Source: Chthonomonas calidirosea
Lineage (GTDB): Bacteria; Armatimonadota; Fimbriimonadia; Fimbriimonadales; Fimbriimonadaceae
Length of the DNA: 15,368 nt
Direction: 5' to 3'
Assembly: GCA_945859975.1 (NCBI GenBank)
Contig: CAMAPH010000051.1
Location: 1-15,368, forward strand
In this document: in pieces, positions 1 through 7,713 of the stretch
Numbering within the stretch: the stretch's first letter is position 1
Layout: every line of letters begins with the position of its first letter
The notes under the pieces: model-generated
The model's database searches: none
Seen by the model: only the letters and a program-made list of their open reading frames with translations
What the model was told of the DNA's origin: nothing
Program-made: the position numbers and the translations under genes

Positions 1-877
1 AGAAGTTTCGGAGAACAGGCTGAGTTCCGACGAAGGCGACTTCCATGAGTCGGCCTCGGTAGTTGATCGACTTAGCCGATCCGTCGGTAGCAACGTAGGT
101 GCTGATACCGTTACAGATAGCAAGTCGAAGACCCGTTCGGTTGTCTACAGCGCGCTTTCGAGCGTGTGGGCCAGCCATCAAGAACTCGGAGCTTCCGCCG
201 AGGTTGTACTGAGCGGTTGGAGTCCACTGAACGCCGTAGGCGAGAGGGTGGTTGATGCCGTCGAGCGATGCGGTCCAAAGATCCCACATGCCGCCTTCAG
301 CAACCATGACGGTTCCGGAAACGTTTTCGATCTGTGTGTTCGAGAACGATGGAACTGCCGTGGTGGTTCCGTTGGTCCATGCTACGGAGCCAGGAGCGGT
401 TCCAATTCCGAAAACGCCTTCGTATCGTGGCAAGACTCCGCCGATTGCGTTCGAGAAGCCAGAAGCAAACGCCTGGTAGAACGAAGCACCTGGGGTGGTG
501 ATAGCAGCTCGGCCGAAGACGCCGAAGTGCAGGTTTCGCTGCCAAGCAGCAAGCGCTGGGTCGGTTGGCAGAGCCGTGTTCTTAGCGTGCAGCATTACGC
601 CCCAGCTCTTGGTGTAAGGCTGAACGTCAACCTGCCAGGTCGAGATGCCGAAGAGGGCAGCGTTGGCTGGCTCGTTTCGGTGGGACAACGCGAACACGTC
701 GTCGTAGTCTCCAGCGTAGATGAGGTTGGAGAGACCCGTCTGCTTGAGGTTGCTCAGCGTCTGAGTGTCCTTTGCAGCTTCCTTCGCCTGAGCGAAGACT
801 GGGAACAGGATGGCGGCAAGAATCGCGATGATTGCGATAACGACGAGAAGTTCGATGAGTGTAAATGCTTTTCGCAT
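1..877 (-). CDS. Prepilin-type N-terminal cleavage/methylation domain protein (DUF1559/H-X9-DG-CTERM-like), runs off the left edge
   Basis: Manual minus-strand translation from ATG at 877 is open for 292 codons to the window edge: [60 protein letters not shown]... This is a type IV pilin-like A|FTLIE motif. Near the C-terminus it reads GPHARK...[14 protein letters not shown]. It is missing from the ORF track because the stop lies outside the window. Confidence 0.93.
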   Translation of the reverse strand, partial: MRKAFTLIELLVVIAIIAILAAILFPVFAQAKEAAKDTQTLSNLKQTGLSNLIYAGDYDDVFALSHRNEPANAALFGISTWQVDVQPYTKSWGVMLHAKNTALPTDPALAAWQRNLHFGVFGRAAITTPGASFYQAFASGFSNAIGGVLPRYEGVFGIGTAPGSVAWTNGTTTAVPSFSNTQIENVSGTVMVAEGGMWDLWTASLDGINHPLAYGVQWTPTAQYNLGGSSEFLMAGPHARKRAVDNRTGLRLAICNGISTYVATDGSAKSINYRGRLMEVAFVGTQPVLRNF

Positions 878-966
878 CAGTATGGGCCACTACCTAAAAG
901 GTTAAGGAACGCAACGGAGGGTCTGCCGCCCGTTTCGGGACCTAAGGCCCGCCGCTGCTTGGGACC

Positions 967-972
967 ATTGTA
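967..972 (-). promoter_or_regulatory. Putative -10 box (TACAAT) for the prepilin-like gene
   Basis: Minus-strand TACAAT 89 nt upstream of the ATG, lying between the putative nuoC terminator and a structured leader. Confidence 0.4.
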
Positions 973-1004
973 AGACAGATTTTCTGGATTAAGAACCCAT
1001 TAAG

Positions 1005-1028
1005 AAAAAAGCAGGTATTTATGCCTGC
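1005..1028 (-). terminator. Putative intrinsic terminator downstream of nuoA-nuoC
   Basis: Minus strand GCAGG-cataaata-CCTGC followed by TTTTTT. The 5-bp stem is short. Confidence 0.5.
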
Positions 1029-1135
1029 ATTTCCGGGAACGAATCAGACAGTTGCGGTTGTCACCATCAGGTTTGCACTAGAGGCCCACGCGGAAATGCC
1101 CAGGAACCCCAGGGCTTTCGGGTGAAATCCGCAGC

Positions 1136-1726
1136 TTAGCGTCCGCTGACGTCGTGCGAGCCGGTCTTTCCTTCGAAAGACTCACCGGCGTGCGGGACCA
1201 TGAGGTCTTCCACGGCCGGACCACGGTCTCCACCATCGAAGAGGACATCTTCCCCACCGAGCGGATACTCCTTTCGGAGTGGATAGCCAACCCAATCGTC
1301 GGGCAAGAGGAATCGGGTGCTCTGCTCATTTCCAGCAAAGTGAACACCAAAGAGGTCATTAACCTCGCGCTCGGGATATTCCGCGCCCATAAAGACGTCC
1401 TTCAAAGTCGGAATCGACTGGCCGTCATTTACCGACACCTTCAGGAAAATCCGGGTCGTTCGCGTGGTGGACATCAGGTTGTAGATCACCTCGAATCGTC
1501 CGTCCAGGTCTCGCGGGTGCTCCCACCGGCTGTAGTCCGCGCCGACGCACTCGACGAAGTAGTCGAACGCCAAATCTTCGTCGTCTTTGAGGAACTGAAT
1601 GATCTCAACGAGTTTGTCGCGGTTCACGCAAACGTACAAATCCCCTCGATTATCCTTCGCGCTGAGGATGGCTTCGCCAAATTTGGCCGTCAGCTTAGTG
1701 ACTTCAACGGTTTCGGCAGCGATCAC
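1136..1726 (-). CDS. nuoC: NADH-quinone oxidoreductase subunit C
   Basis: Motifs RFEVIYNLMS, YPEREVNDLFGVHF and LLPDDWVGYPLRKEYPL. The GTG start overlaps the nuoA stop (GTGA). Confidence 0.95.
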   Translation of the reverse strand: MIAAETVEVTKLTAKFGEAILSAKDNRGDLYVCVNRDKLVEIIQFLKDDEDLAFDYFVECVGADYSRWEHPRDLDGRFEVIYNLMSTTRTTRIFLKVSVNDGQSIPTLKDVFMGAEYPEREVNDLFGVHFAGNEQSTRFLLPDDWVGYPLRKEYPLGGEDVLFDGGDRGPAVEDLMVPHAGESFEGKTGSHDVSGR

Positions 1727-2205
1727 GAAGTTGCCTCCATGGTTGCAGGTACTGGCACCGGCATGGAAAGTGTAGAGATGGCTTCGGTTCGAGTCTTCAC
1801 CGGCTCCACAAGCTTCTCTGGTGCAAGGGTTGCGCTTTCATCCCAGTCGATGGCGCCAACTCGAATGGCGTAAACGTAGCCAAGGATCCAAGTTGACATG
1901 TAAACCAAGAATTCGAAGAAGCTGAAGATCATGAATTCTCGTTCGCTTCCCTTGAACGCGGCGTACCAGCCCCAGAGGAAAACGGCTTCGATGTCGAACA
2001 GGATGAAGATGATTCCGACGAGATAGAACTTGACCGGGAACCGCTCGCGAGCGTTTCCTACTGGCTCCACGCCGCACTCGTATGGAGCCGACTTGTATGG
2101 CGTTCGATTTTTCGGACCGAGCAACCAGCTCAAAGTCACGAGCGCACCGCAAAGAAAAGCGGCGACGCCAACCATCACAAGGATCCCGAGGTACGACTCT
2201 CGCAT
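1723..2205 (-). CDS. nuoA: NADH-quinone oxidoreductase subunit A (about 35-aa C-terminal extension)
   Basis: Three hydrophobic segments plus PYECG, RFPVKFYLVGIIFILFDIE and GAIDW motifs. Confidence 0.96.
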   Translation of the reverse strand: MRESYLGILVMVGVAAFLCGALVTLSWLLGPKNRTPYKSAPYECGVEPVGNARERFPVKFYLVGIIFILFDIEAVFLWGWYAAFKGSEREFMIFSFFEFLVYMSTWILGYVYAIRVGAIDWDESATLAPEKLVEPVKTRTEAISTLSMPVPVPATMEATS

Positions 2206-2214
2206 CTTAGGTTG

Positions 2215-2236
2215 ATCATACCGCGACGGGTAACTT
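2215..2236. promoter_or_regulatory. Back-to-back -10 boxes for nuoA (TATGAT, minus, 2220-2215) and gcvT (TAACTT, plus, 2231-2236)
   Basis: 38-nt divergent intergenic region. Each box is preceded by GG and lies 9 or 7 nt before its ATG. No Shine-Dalgarno is visible for either gene. Confidence 0.55.
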
Positions 2237-2243
2237 CAATCAA

Positions 2244-3314
2244 ATGATGCTGAGAACCCCTCTGTACGAAGCCCACGTTCAACTGAATGCGAAAATCGTT
2301 CCCTTTGCGGGATACGACATGCCCGTGCAGTACGCCAGCGTCATTCACGAAGCCAAAGCCGTTCGCCATCGGGCCGGGATGTTCGATGTTTCCCACATGG
2401 CTCGCCTCCGACTGGTCGGCTCTACCGTTCTTGCCGATCTTGAAAATCTGACCACCAACGACGTAAGTGTTCTGGAAGATGGCGTGGGCCAATATTCCCT
2501 CCTTCCGAACGCAACCGGCGGAGTTGTGGACGACATCATCGTCTATCGCCTCAGTGCGTTTGAATTCTATGTTGTGGTGAACGCGGCGAACCACGAGAAG
2601 GACGTGGCTTGGATCACCTCGCACCTTGACTCCTCGGTCCACTTTACAGACGAGACGGACGGCACCGCGATGATCGCCGTCCAAGGTCCATCAGCTGAGG
2701 AAATCGTTGCCTCACTATCGGAGGAAAGCGTCGTTCATCTTCCGCTATTCGGAGTAGCAAATGTCACCGTTGCCGGCATCCCATGCTTCATTGCCCGAAG
2801 CGGCTACACCGGAGAGGACGGATTCGAGATCATCTGTCCGGCCGAGCAGGCCGATGCGCTCTGGACCGCGCTGCATGCGGCGGGGGTCGAGCCGTGTGGG
2901 CTGGCATCGCGAGATACCCTTCGCGTGGAAGCCGGACTTCCCCTCTATGGTCATGAGCTCACGGACGAAACCAGTCCCATCGCGGCCGGGCTCGGCTGGG
3001 TCGTTAGTAAAACGAAGTCATTCATTGGCAGTGAGCACGTCAATCAAGTCCGCGCCGACGGCCCGAGCACGAAGTTACAGGGGATCCGGCTCGAAACCAA
3101 ACGCCTCCTGATGCCAGGAATGGCGGTTAACCTGGACGGCGAGAAGATCGGAGAAATCACCAGCGGCGTCTACTCGCCGATGCTCGATTGCGGAATTGCC
3201 TTCGCATATCTGCGCAGCGACGTGAAGCTAAAAGCAAACGTGACCGTTGATATCCGCGGAAAGCAAGAGCCCGCTACGGTGGTCAGCAAGCGCTTCTACA
3301 AACGCGAATCGTAA
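2244..3314 (+). CDS. gcvT: Glycine cleavage system aminomethyltransferase T
   Basis: RTPLYEAH, FAGYDMPVQY, GMFDVSHM, ARSGYTGEDGFE and RDTLRVEAGLPLYGHE motifs; 356 aa. The start could be the second ATG at 2247. Confidence 0.97.
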   Translation: MMLRTPLYEAHVQLNAKIVPFAGYDMPVQYASVIHEAKAVRHRAGMFDVSHMARLRLVGSTVLADLENLTTNDVSVLEDGVGQYSLLPNATGGVVDDIIVYRLSAFEFYVVVNAANHEKDVAWITSHLDSSVHFTDETDGTAMIAVQGPSAEEIVASLSEESVVHLPLFGVANVTVAGIPCFIARSGYTGEDGFEIICPAEQADALWTALHAAGVEPCGLASRDTLRVEAGLPLYGHELTDETSPIAAGLGWVVSKTKSFIGSEHVNQVRADGPSTKLQGIRLETKRLLMPGMAVNLDGEKIGEITSGVYSPMLDCGIAFAYLRSDVKLKANVTVDIRGKQEPATVVSKRFYKRES

Positions 3315-3337
3315 CAAGGCGCACAATAAGAGGTGAT

Positions 3338-4042
3338 ATGAACCATCACGTGATTTGTTCTCTCGATACGGGCAACCTGCAACACGCCAAGGAAACCGTG
3401 ACTCGTCTGGCACCCCACGTGGGCGCGTTCAAAATTGGCCATGCCCTCACCTTGGGTAACGGCCTTCACGTGGTCGAAGAACTACGCGAGGCTGGCGCAA
3501 AGAGAATCTTCCTTGACCTCAAGTTTCACGACATCCCAAACACCGTCGCCCTTGCCGTCCATGAAGCGGCCAAATATGGCGTTTGGATGATGACGGTACA
3601 CATTTCCGGCGGACCCGCGATGCTGCAGGCCGCAGTCGAACAAGCACGCTCGTTTGGCGAAGATCAGCGCCCGCTTCTGGTCGGCGTCTCCGTGCTTACT
3701 TCGCTCGACGAAGAAACCTTGCACCGCGATCTCGGCATTAATCGCCCGCTAGAATCGCAGGTGCTGGAGCTCAGCAAAATGGCCATCGACAACGACCTTG
3801 ACGGCGTGGTCTCAAGCCCGCATGAGGCCGCAGCGATTCGAAATGCCGTTGGGCACAGCCCGATCATCGTGACTCCGGGCATTCGGATGGCCGACGCGGC
3901 CACTCACGATCAGAAGCGAGTCGCCGATGCCAAAACCGCGCTGGCCAACGGCAGCAGCTACCTTGTCATCGGTCGCGCGCTGAGTGAATCCCAAGATCCG
4001 CTGGCAACCTTAGCTCAGTTCGGTTTGATGCCGGAAAACTAA
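3338..4042 (+). CDS. pyrF: Orotidine-5'-phosphate decarboxylase
   Basis: IFLDLKFHDIPNT catalytic signature, VTPGIR, DQKRV and YLVIGR motifs; SD-like AAGAGG upstream. Confidence 0.97.
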   Translation: MNHHVICSLDTGNLQHAKETVTRLAPHVGAFKIGHALTLGNGLHVVEELREAGAKRIFLDLKFHDIPNTVALAVHEAAKYGVWMMTVHISGGPAMLQAAVEQARSFGEDQRPLLVGVSVLTSLDEETLHRDLGINRPLESQVLELSKMAIDNDLDGVVSSPHEAAAIRNAVGHSPIIVTPGIRMADAATHDQKRVADAKTALANGSSYLVIGRALSESQDPLATLAQFGLMPEN

Positions 4043-4061
4043 GCGGGTACCCTTCAGATTC

Positions 4062-4685
4062 ATGAGCGAGCTACTCAAACTCGGTGCCCCAAACGAACGG
4101 CCTCGCGCGCCCAAACCCGGCGAAGTTGAACTCAATTTCACCGAACAAGGCGTTGCAGAACTTGAAGCACTCGTTTCGCACTATCCGAACAAGAAAGCCT
4201 GCATTCTTCCGGCTCTTTGGCTCGCTCAGCGTGAATACGGCGGTTACCTCAACGGACCCGCGATTGCAGAGGTCGCCTTCCGACTCGGCCGTGCTTACGC
4301 CGAAGTGGAAGGCGTCGCAACCTTCTACACGCTGTACAACACCGCTCACCAGCCGGGCCGACACAAGCTGGAACTCTGCACCTGCTTAAGCTGCATGGTC
4401 AACGGAGCCTTCGACCTGCGCGATTACATCCGAGAGAAGCTCGGAGTCGGTCACGGCGAGACCACCGCGGACGGCGAATTCACCTTTGAAGAAGTGGAGT
4501 GCCTCAACGCTTGCGACCGCGCGGTTGTCATGCAGGTTGGCGACGAATATTACGGTCCGCTCGATAAGGCCGGCATCGATGCGTTGCTCGAAAAGCTACG
4601 CACCTCGCCAGAGAACACGGTCATCAAGTACGCGAACGCCGTTGTGCGAGTTCAGCTTCGCAAAGACGAAGCACCGACGGCCTGA
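4062..4685 (+). CDS. nuoE: NADH-quinone oxidoreductase subunit E (24-kDa [2Fe-2S] subunit family)
   Basis: ILPALWLAQ and VEGVATFY motifs; Fe-S ligands CxxxxC (CTCLSC) and CxxxC (CLNAC); GETTADGEFT. Confidence 0.92.
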   Translation: MSELLKLGAPNERPRAPKPGEVELNFTEQGVAELEALVSHYPNKKACILPALWLAQREYGGYLNGPAIAEVAFRLGRAYAEVEGVATFYTLYNTAHQPGRHKLELCTCLSCMVNGAFDLRDYIREKLGVGHGETTADGEFTFEEVECLNACDRAVVMQVGDEYYGPLDKAGIDALLEKLRTSPENTVIKYANAVVRVQLRKDEAPTA

Positions 4686-5389
4686 TGAGTACGACCTACT
4701 CTTGGATTCAGGAAGAAGCTTGGGCCGCTAACCAACGCATCGGCGCGGAAAAGCTGGCCGCCCTCACTTGGGGCAATGCCAGCGCGGTTGAGAGAACCTC
4801 GGGCGTTTTCGCCATCAAGCCGTCCGGCGTGCCCTACGAAAACCTGAACGTAGAGGACATGGTCATTTGCTCCATTGAAGATGCCTCGGTTGTTTACGGG
4901 AACAAGAAGGCCTCCAGCGATGCGATCACCCATGCGGCGCTCTACCGAGCCTTCCCAGAGATCGGCGGAATCGTCCACACCCACTCGCCTAAGGCAACCG
5001 CTTGGGCGCAAACGGGTCTGGACCTGCCGTGCCTCGGCACCACGCACGCAGATCACTTTGCGGGCCCAGTTCCCTGCACCCGCCCGCTAACTCCCGAAGA
5101 AATCAACTCGGCCTATGTGTTGAACACAGCGGTCGTGATCATCGAAACTTTCGAAAAGCGCGGCCTGAACCCAGCATCCATTCCAGCCGTTTTGGTTGGG
5201 CAACATGGTCCGTTCACGTGGTCAGAATCAGCCACAGGTGCGGTGGATAATGCCATCGCCCTCGAGGCCTGCACCGCGATGGCCTTCGATATGTTCAACC
5301 TCACCGGGAATCTCGTCCCGATTCCCGATGCGCTGCTTCGCTATCACTACGAACGCAAGCACGGCCCCAAGGCGACCTACGGTCAGTGA
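4685..5389 (+). CDS. araD: L-ribulose-5-phosphate 4-epimerase (class II aldolase family)
   Basis: WGNAS, IKPSGVPY, SSDAITH, HTHS, GTTHADHF, HGPFTW and C-terminal HYERKHGPKATYGQ. TGATG overlap with nuoE. Confidence 0.93.
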   Translation: MSTTYSWIQEEAWAANQRIGAEKLAALTWGNASAVERTSGVFAIKPSGVPYENLNVEDMVICSIEDASVVYGNKKASSDAITHAALYRAFPEIGGIVHTHSPKATAWAQTGLDLPCLGTTHADHFAGPVPCTRPLTPEEINSAYVLNTAVVIIETFEKRGLNPASIPAVLVGQHGPFTWSESATGAVDNAIALEACTAMAFDMFNLTGNLVPIPDALLRYHYERKHGPKATYGQ

Positions 5390-5919
5390 GCAAACTCGAC
5401 GCCGCCATCCGCTTTGCCGCCGAACGGCACGAGGGCCAATGGCGGGATGGGGAGTTTCCGTTGCCTTACATCACCCATCCGGTGGAAGTGCTTCTGAACC
5501 TTCGACATGTTGGCAAAGTCACCGACGAAGCTGTTCTCCTCGCGGCCATTCTTCACGACTTGCTGGAAGAAACCACCACGACCTTAGCGGAACTCGCCGA
5601 ACTCTTTGGCGACCGGACAGCCGAACTCGTGCGGCAAGTCACCCGAGACGAGCCAACCGAAGTCGAAGTCGCCGGGCTGAGCAAAGACGAAATCTACGAA
5701 CTGAGGACATCCCGCTTTTTGGAAGAGATTGCGCGTATGAGCCCCGACGCTCAGATGGTGAAGCTCGCGGACCGACTGTCAAACCTTCGCGAAGCCAAAC
5801 GTACGCGCAGCGAAGGGCGCGTGGAGCGATACAAAGTCCAAACAAAACGGATTCTGAAATTCATTCCAGAATCCGTTAATCCCGCCCTGTGGCGCGCCGT
5901 TCGAGCGGAACTACGCTAG
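5386..5919 (+). CDS. Stand-alone HD-domain hydrolase, Mesh1/small alarmone hydrolase (RelA/SpoT HD_4)-like
   Basis: AAERHEGQWR, PYITHP, AAILHDLLEET and VKLADRLSNLR match the RSH hydrolase domain layout. 177 aa with no synthetase domain. GTGA overlap with araD. Confidence 0.85.
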   Translation: MSKLDAAIRFAAERHEGQWRDGEFPLPYITHPVEVLLNLRHVGKVTDEAVLLAAILHDLLEETTTTLAELAELFGDRTAELVRQVTRDEPTEVEVAGLSKDEIYELRTSRFLEEIARMSPDAQMVKLADRLSNLREAKRTRSEGRVERYKVQTKRILKFIPESVNPALWRAVRAELR

Positions 5920-7436
5920 CCGCCCGGTCCGCGCCGCATGGTCACCTGACCAACGTAGCCGCCGATGATAAACGGAAACTTGCCCGGCGTGACGTGATAG
6001 TGCACGCCCCGATCTTTGTCTTCGTGCGCATTAAAACCGTTGAGCGGATTGGTCTTTGAATCCTTCGCCATCACTCCATCTCCTTCGTAGGGCCCGTAGA
6101 CCGGAATACCGTCGAATCCAAAACCGATGATTGGGGAGTGCTCGTCGCCGTTGTCGGCAAAGGGCGTGTTCACGCAGATCGGATATTTGTGATAGTGGTA
6201 CTGATAGTTCGGCGCTGGGTGTCCGCAGCAGCGATCCATCAGGTCCACCGCCCATTCCATGTTTCCATCGAACGGGTTGAAGAACACGACGCCATTCACT
6301 GCAAGGCCAACTGGGCCCATTGGAAGTGCCCGGTTTCGATTGTCTTGCGTCATCGGTACCGCGCTTGGATTCAGCTTCGGCTCGATTGCGAGTCGAAAGT
6401 TTCCAGGGAATTCTTGGATGTAGTTCGGGTCGTATCCTTGGGTGCCGTACGTGTCCGGAAACTTGGCCGTGGGATGGTTGGGCACGTTTCGGTTTGCGAA
6501 GCGGAAAGTGCTTGACCCATCGAAGGTCAGGACAACGTTATCGGGCACGAACTTTGTCTCTTTGACCAACTGCCCGTTTGCGTCCAGGAATCCGGGTTTG
6601 AGCCACGAGGTCATCGCGCCTAGGAACGGAGTTTCCCAGCGGCCAGCCTGATAGAACAGGCGGTCGGCGTTCTTGTAGTCGACCTTGAGCGGAGCCGCCG
6701 CACTTGGCTGGACGACTTCGCCCGGCTTGGCCTGGTAGTGCCACCTGCCGCCCAGGTGCACCAGGTTCTCGGGTGCCGAAGCTTTTTCGGCGGTCGGCTT
6801 TGCCTTCGGCTCCTTCAGCCCCCTCAGAGATCGCGAGTGTTGCGTGAGCTCGAAATCGTCGATGAAGAAGTACGAGCCCTTCTTATCCTTTGAGGCTCCA
6901 TTCTTAAACTCGACCGAGATCTTCACCGAGTCCACCTCGGCAAAAGGCAATAGTTCTTCGAAGTCATAAGTCCGCCAAGCTTCGGCTCCCTGCTTCCCTT
7001 CCTTTCCATTGATAGCGAGGTCGATGCGGGCTTTCGTGACTTCGCGATAGATGAATCTTTCCGCCGTATCCAAGGCATTGCTGCCGTTCTTCGAAAGGAA
7101 AGTGATCTTCATGATCAGCGTGTCCTTGTCGACTTTAAAGCCATCTTCCGCGAGTCCGCGGAAGGCGAATCGTATCCACTTCCCTTTCGATTGATCCAGG
7201 CCGGTGACCGTCGCGGCGACCTTTCCGGACGGCTTGCTGGAGTTGAATGCGATTCCGGGTGACGCAATCTCGTCCTGATAGCCCGCAAACAGGTACTCCG
7301 CTTGCCCGGAGAGTTCGAAACCGGCCGGAGCAGTCTTCGCCCCGTTTGCCAAATCGAAGGAACCGTTTGGTACCAGATTGGCCACCGTTTCATCCTTCAC
7401 CGAAAGTGCGCACATGAGTAACAAGGTGTTGATCAT
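5916..7436 (-). CDS. Secreted YHYH-domain protein with an N-terminal carbohydrate-binding-like region
   Basis: C-terminal GLAVNGVVFFNP, DRCCGHP, YHYH, GFGFDGIPVYGP and GVHYHVT motifs. Start placed at ATG 7436 (MINTLLLMCALSV...) because AGGAG lies 6 nt upstream. NLVPNGSFD resembles the start of CBM-like jelly-roll domains (inference). Confidence 0.85.
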   Translation of the reverse strand: MINTLLLMCALSVKDETVANLVPNGSFDLANGAKTAPAGFELSGQAEYLFAGYQDEIASPGIAFNSSKPSGKVAATVTGLDQSKGKWIRFAFRGLAEDGFKVDKDTLIMKITFLSKNGSNALDTAERFIYREVTKARIDLAINGKEGKQGAEAWRTYDFEELLPFAEVDSVKISVEFKNGASKDKKGSYFFIDDFELTQHSRSLRGLKEPKAKPTAEKASAPENLVHLGGRWHYQAKPGEVVQPSAAAPLKVDYKNADRLFYQAGRWETPFLGAMTSWLKPGFLDANGQLVKETKFVPDNVVLTFDGSSTFRFANRNVPNHPTAKFPDTYGTQGYDPNYIQEFPGNFRLAIEPKLNPSAVPMTQDNRNRALPMGPVGLAVNGVVFFNPFDGNMEWAVDLMDRCCGHPAPNYQYHYHKYPICVNTPFADNGDEHSPIIGFGFDGIPVYGPYEGDGVMAKDSKTNPLNGFNAHEDKDRGVHYHVTPGKFPFIIGGYVGQVTMRRGPGG

Positions 7437-7539
7437 TCTTTTCTCCTGCGCAACATGCTGCCGGTTGGCGGTGAGGATTTCGTGAGCAAACCGGCCCATT
7501 TGACTTGGCGCGCAAATCGCGAGCGGTTACGATATCCGC

Positions 7540-7668
7540 ATGGTCAAGAAGAAAGTCCTTCCACGCGAGAAGCCAAAGCCGGTCGCTACCCCGCCTCACC
7601 TTCACGTTTTCGGCTGGCTCGCCGGGAAAAAGCCGGTGCCGCACCAGGTGGAAGACAACAAAAAGTAA
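7540..7668 (+). CDS. Candidate 42-aa basic Lys/Pro-rich small protein MVKKKVLPREKPKPVATPPHLHVFGWLAGKKPVPHQVEDNKK
   Basis: ATG 7540 to TAA 7668 in an otherwise empty intergenic gap. TACGAT lies 6 nt before the ATG, as for other genes here. Below the ORF-track length cutoff. Confidence 0.5.
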   Translation: MVKKKVLPREKPKPVATPPHLHVFGWLAGKKPVPHQVEDNKK

Positions 7669-7684
7669 ACCTTCAAAAATGGGC

Positions 7685-7709
7685 GAAACCTGTTTCTGGT
7701 TTTCGCGTC
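7685..7709 (+). promoter_or_regulatory. ECF-sigma-type promoter GAAAC-N16-CGTC
   Basis: GAAAC 7685-7689, a 16-nt spacer, then CGTC 7706-7709. This matches the B. subtilis SigW/SigX/SigM-type consensus. Confidence 0.55.
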
Positions 7710-7713
7710 ATAC

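Noticed and set aside
164..973. 269-aa plus-strand ORF
   Set aside because: Antisense shadow of the prepilin-type gene with no recognisable motifs.
1036..1060. GGGAAC-N16-GTTG, a possible plus-strand ECF (SigH/SigE-like) promoter
   Set aside because: Spacing is slightly short of the usual consensus and it points antisense into nuoC with no clear product.
1090..1132. GCGGA...TCCGC inverted repeat just after the nuoC stop
   Set aside because: Irregular pairing and no U tract, so it cannot be separated from chance in GC-rich DNA.
1154..1873. 239-aa plus-strand ORF, and the many other track ORFs nested in or antisense to called genes
   Set aside because: They overlap well-supported genes such as nuoC/nuoA. 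Long shadow ORFs are expected in GC-rich DNA.
7437..7499. Longer N-terminus of the YHYH ORF from ATG 7499
   Set aside because: ATG 7436 has an AGGAG SD and puts the hydrophobic segment at the N-terminus.
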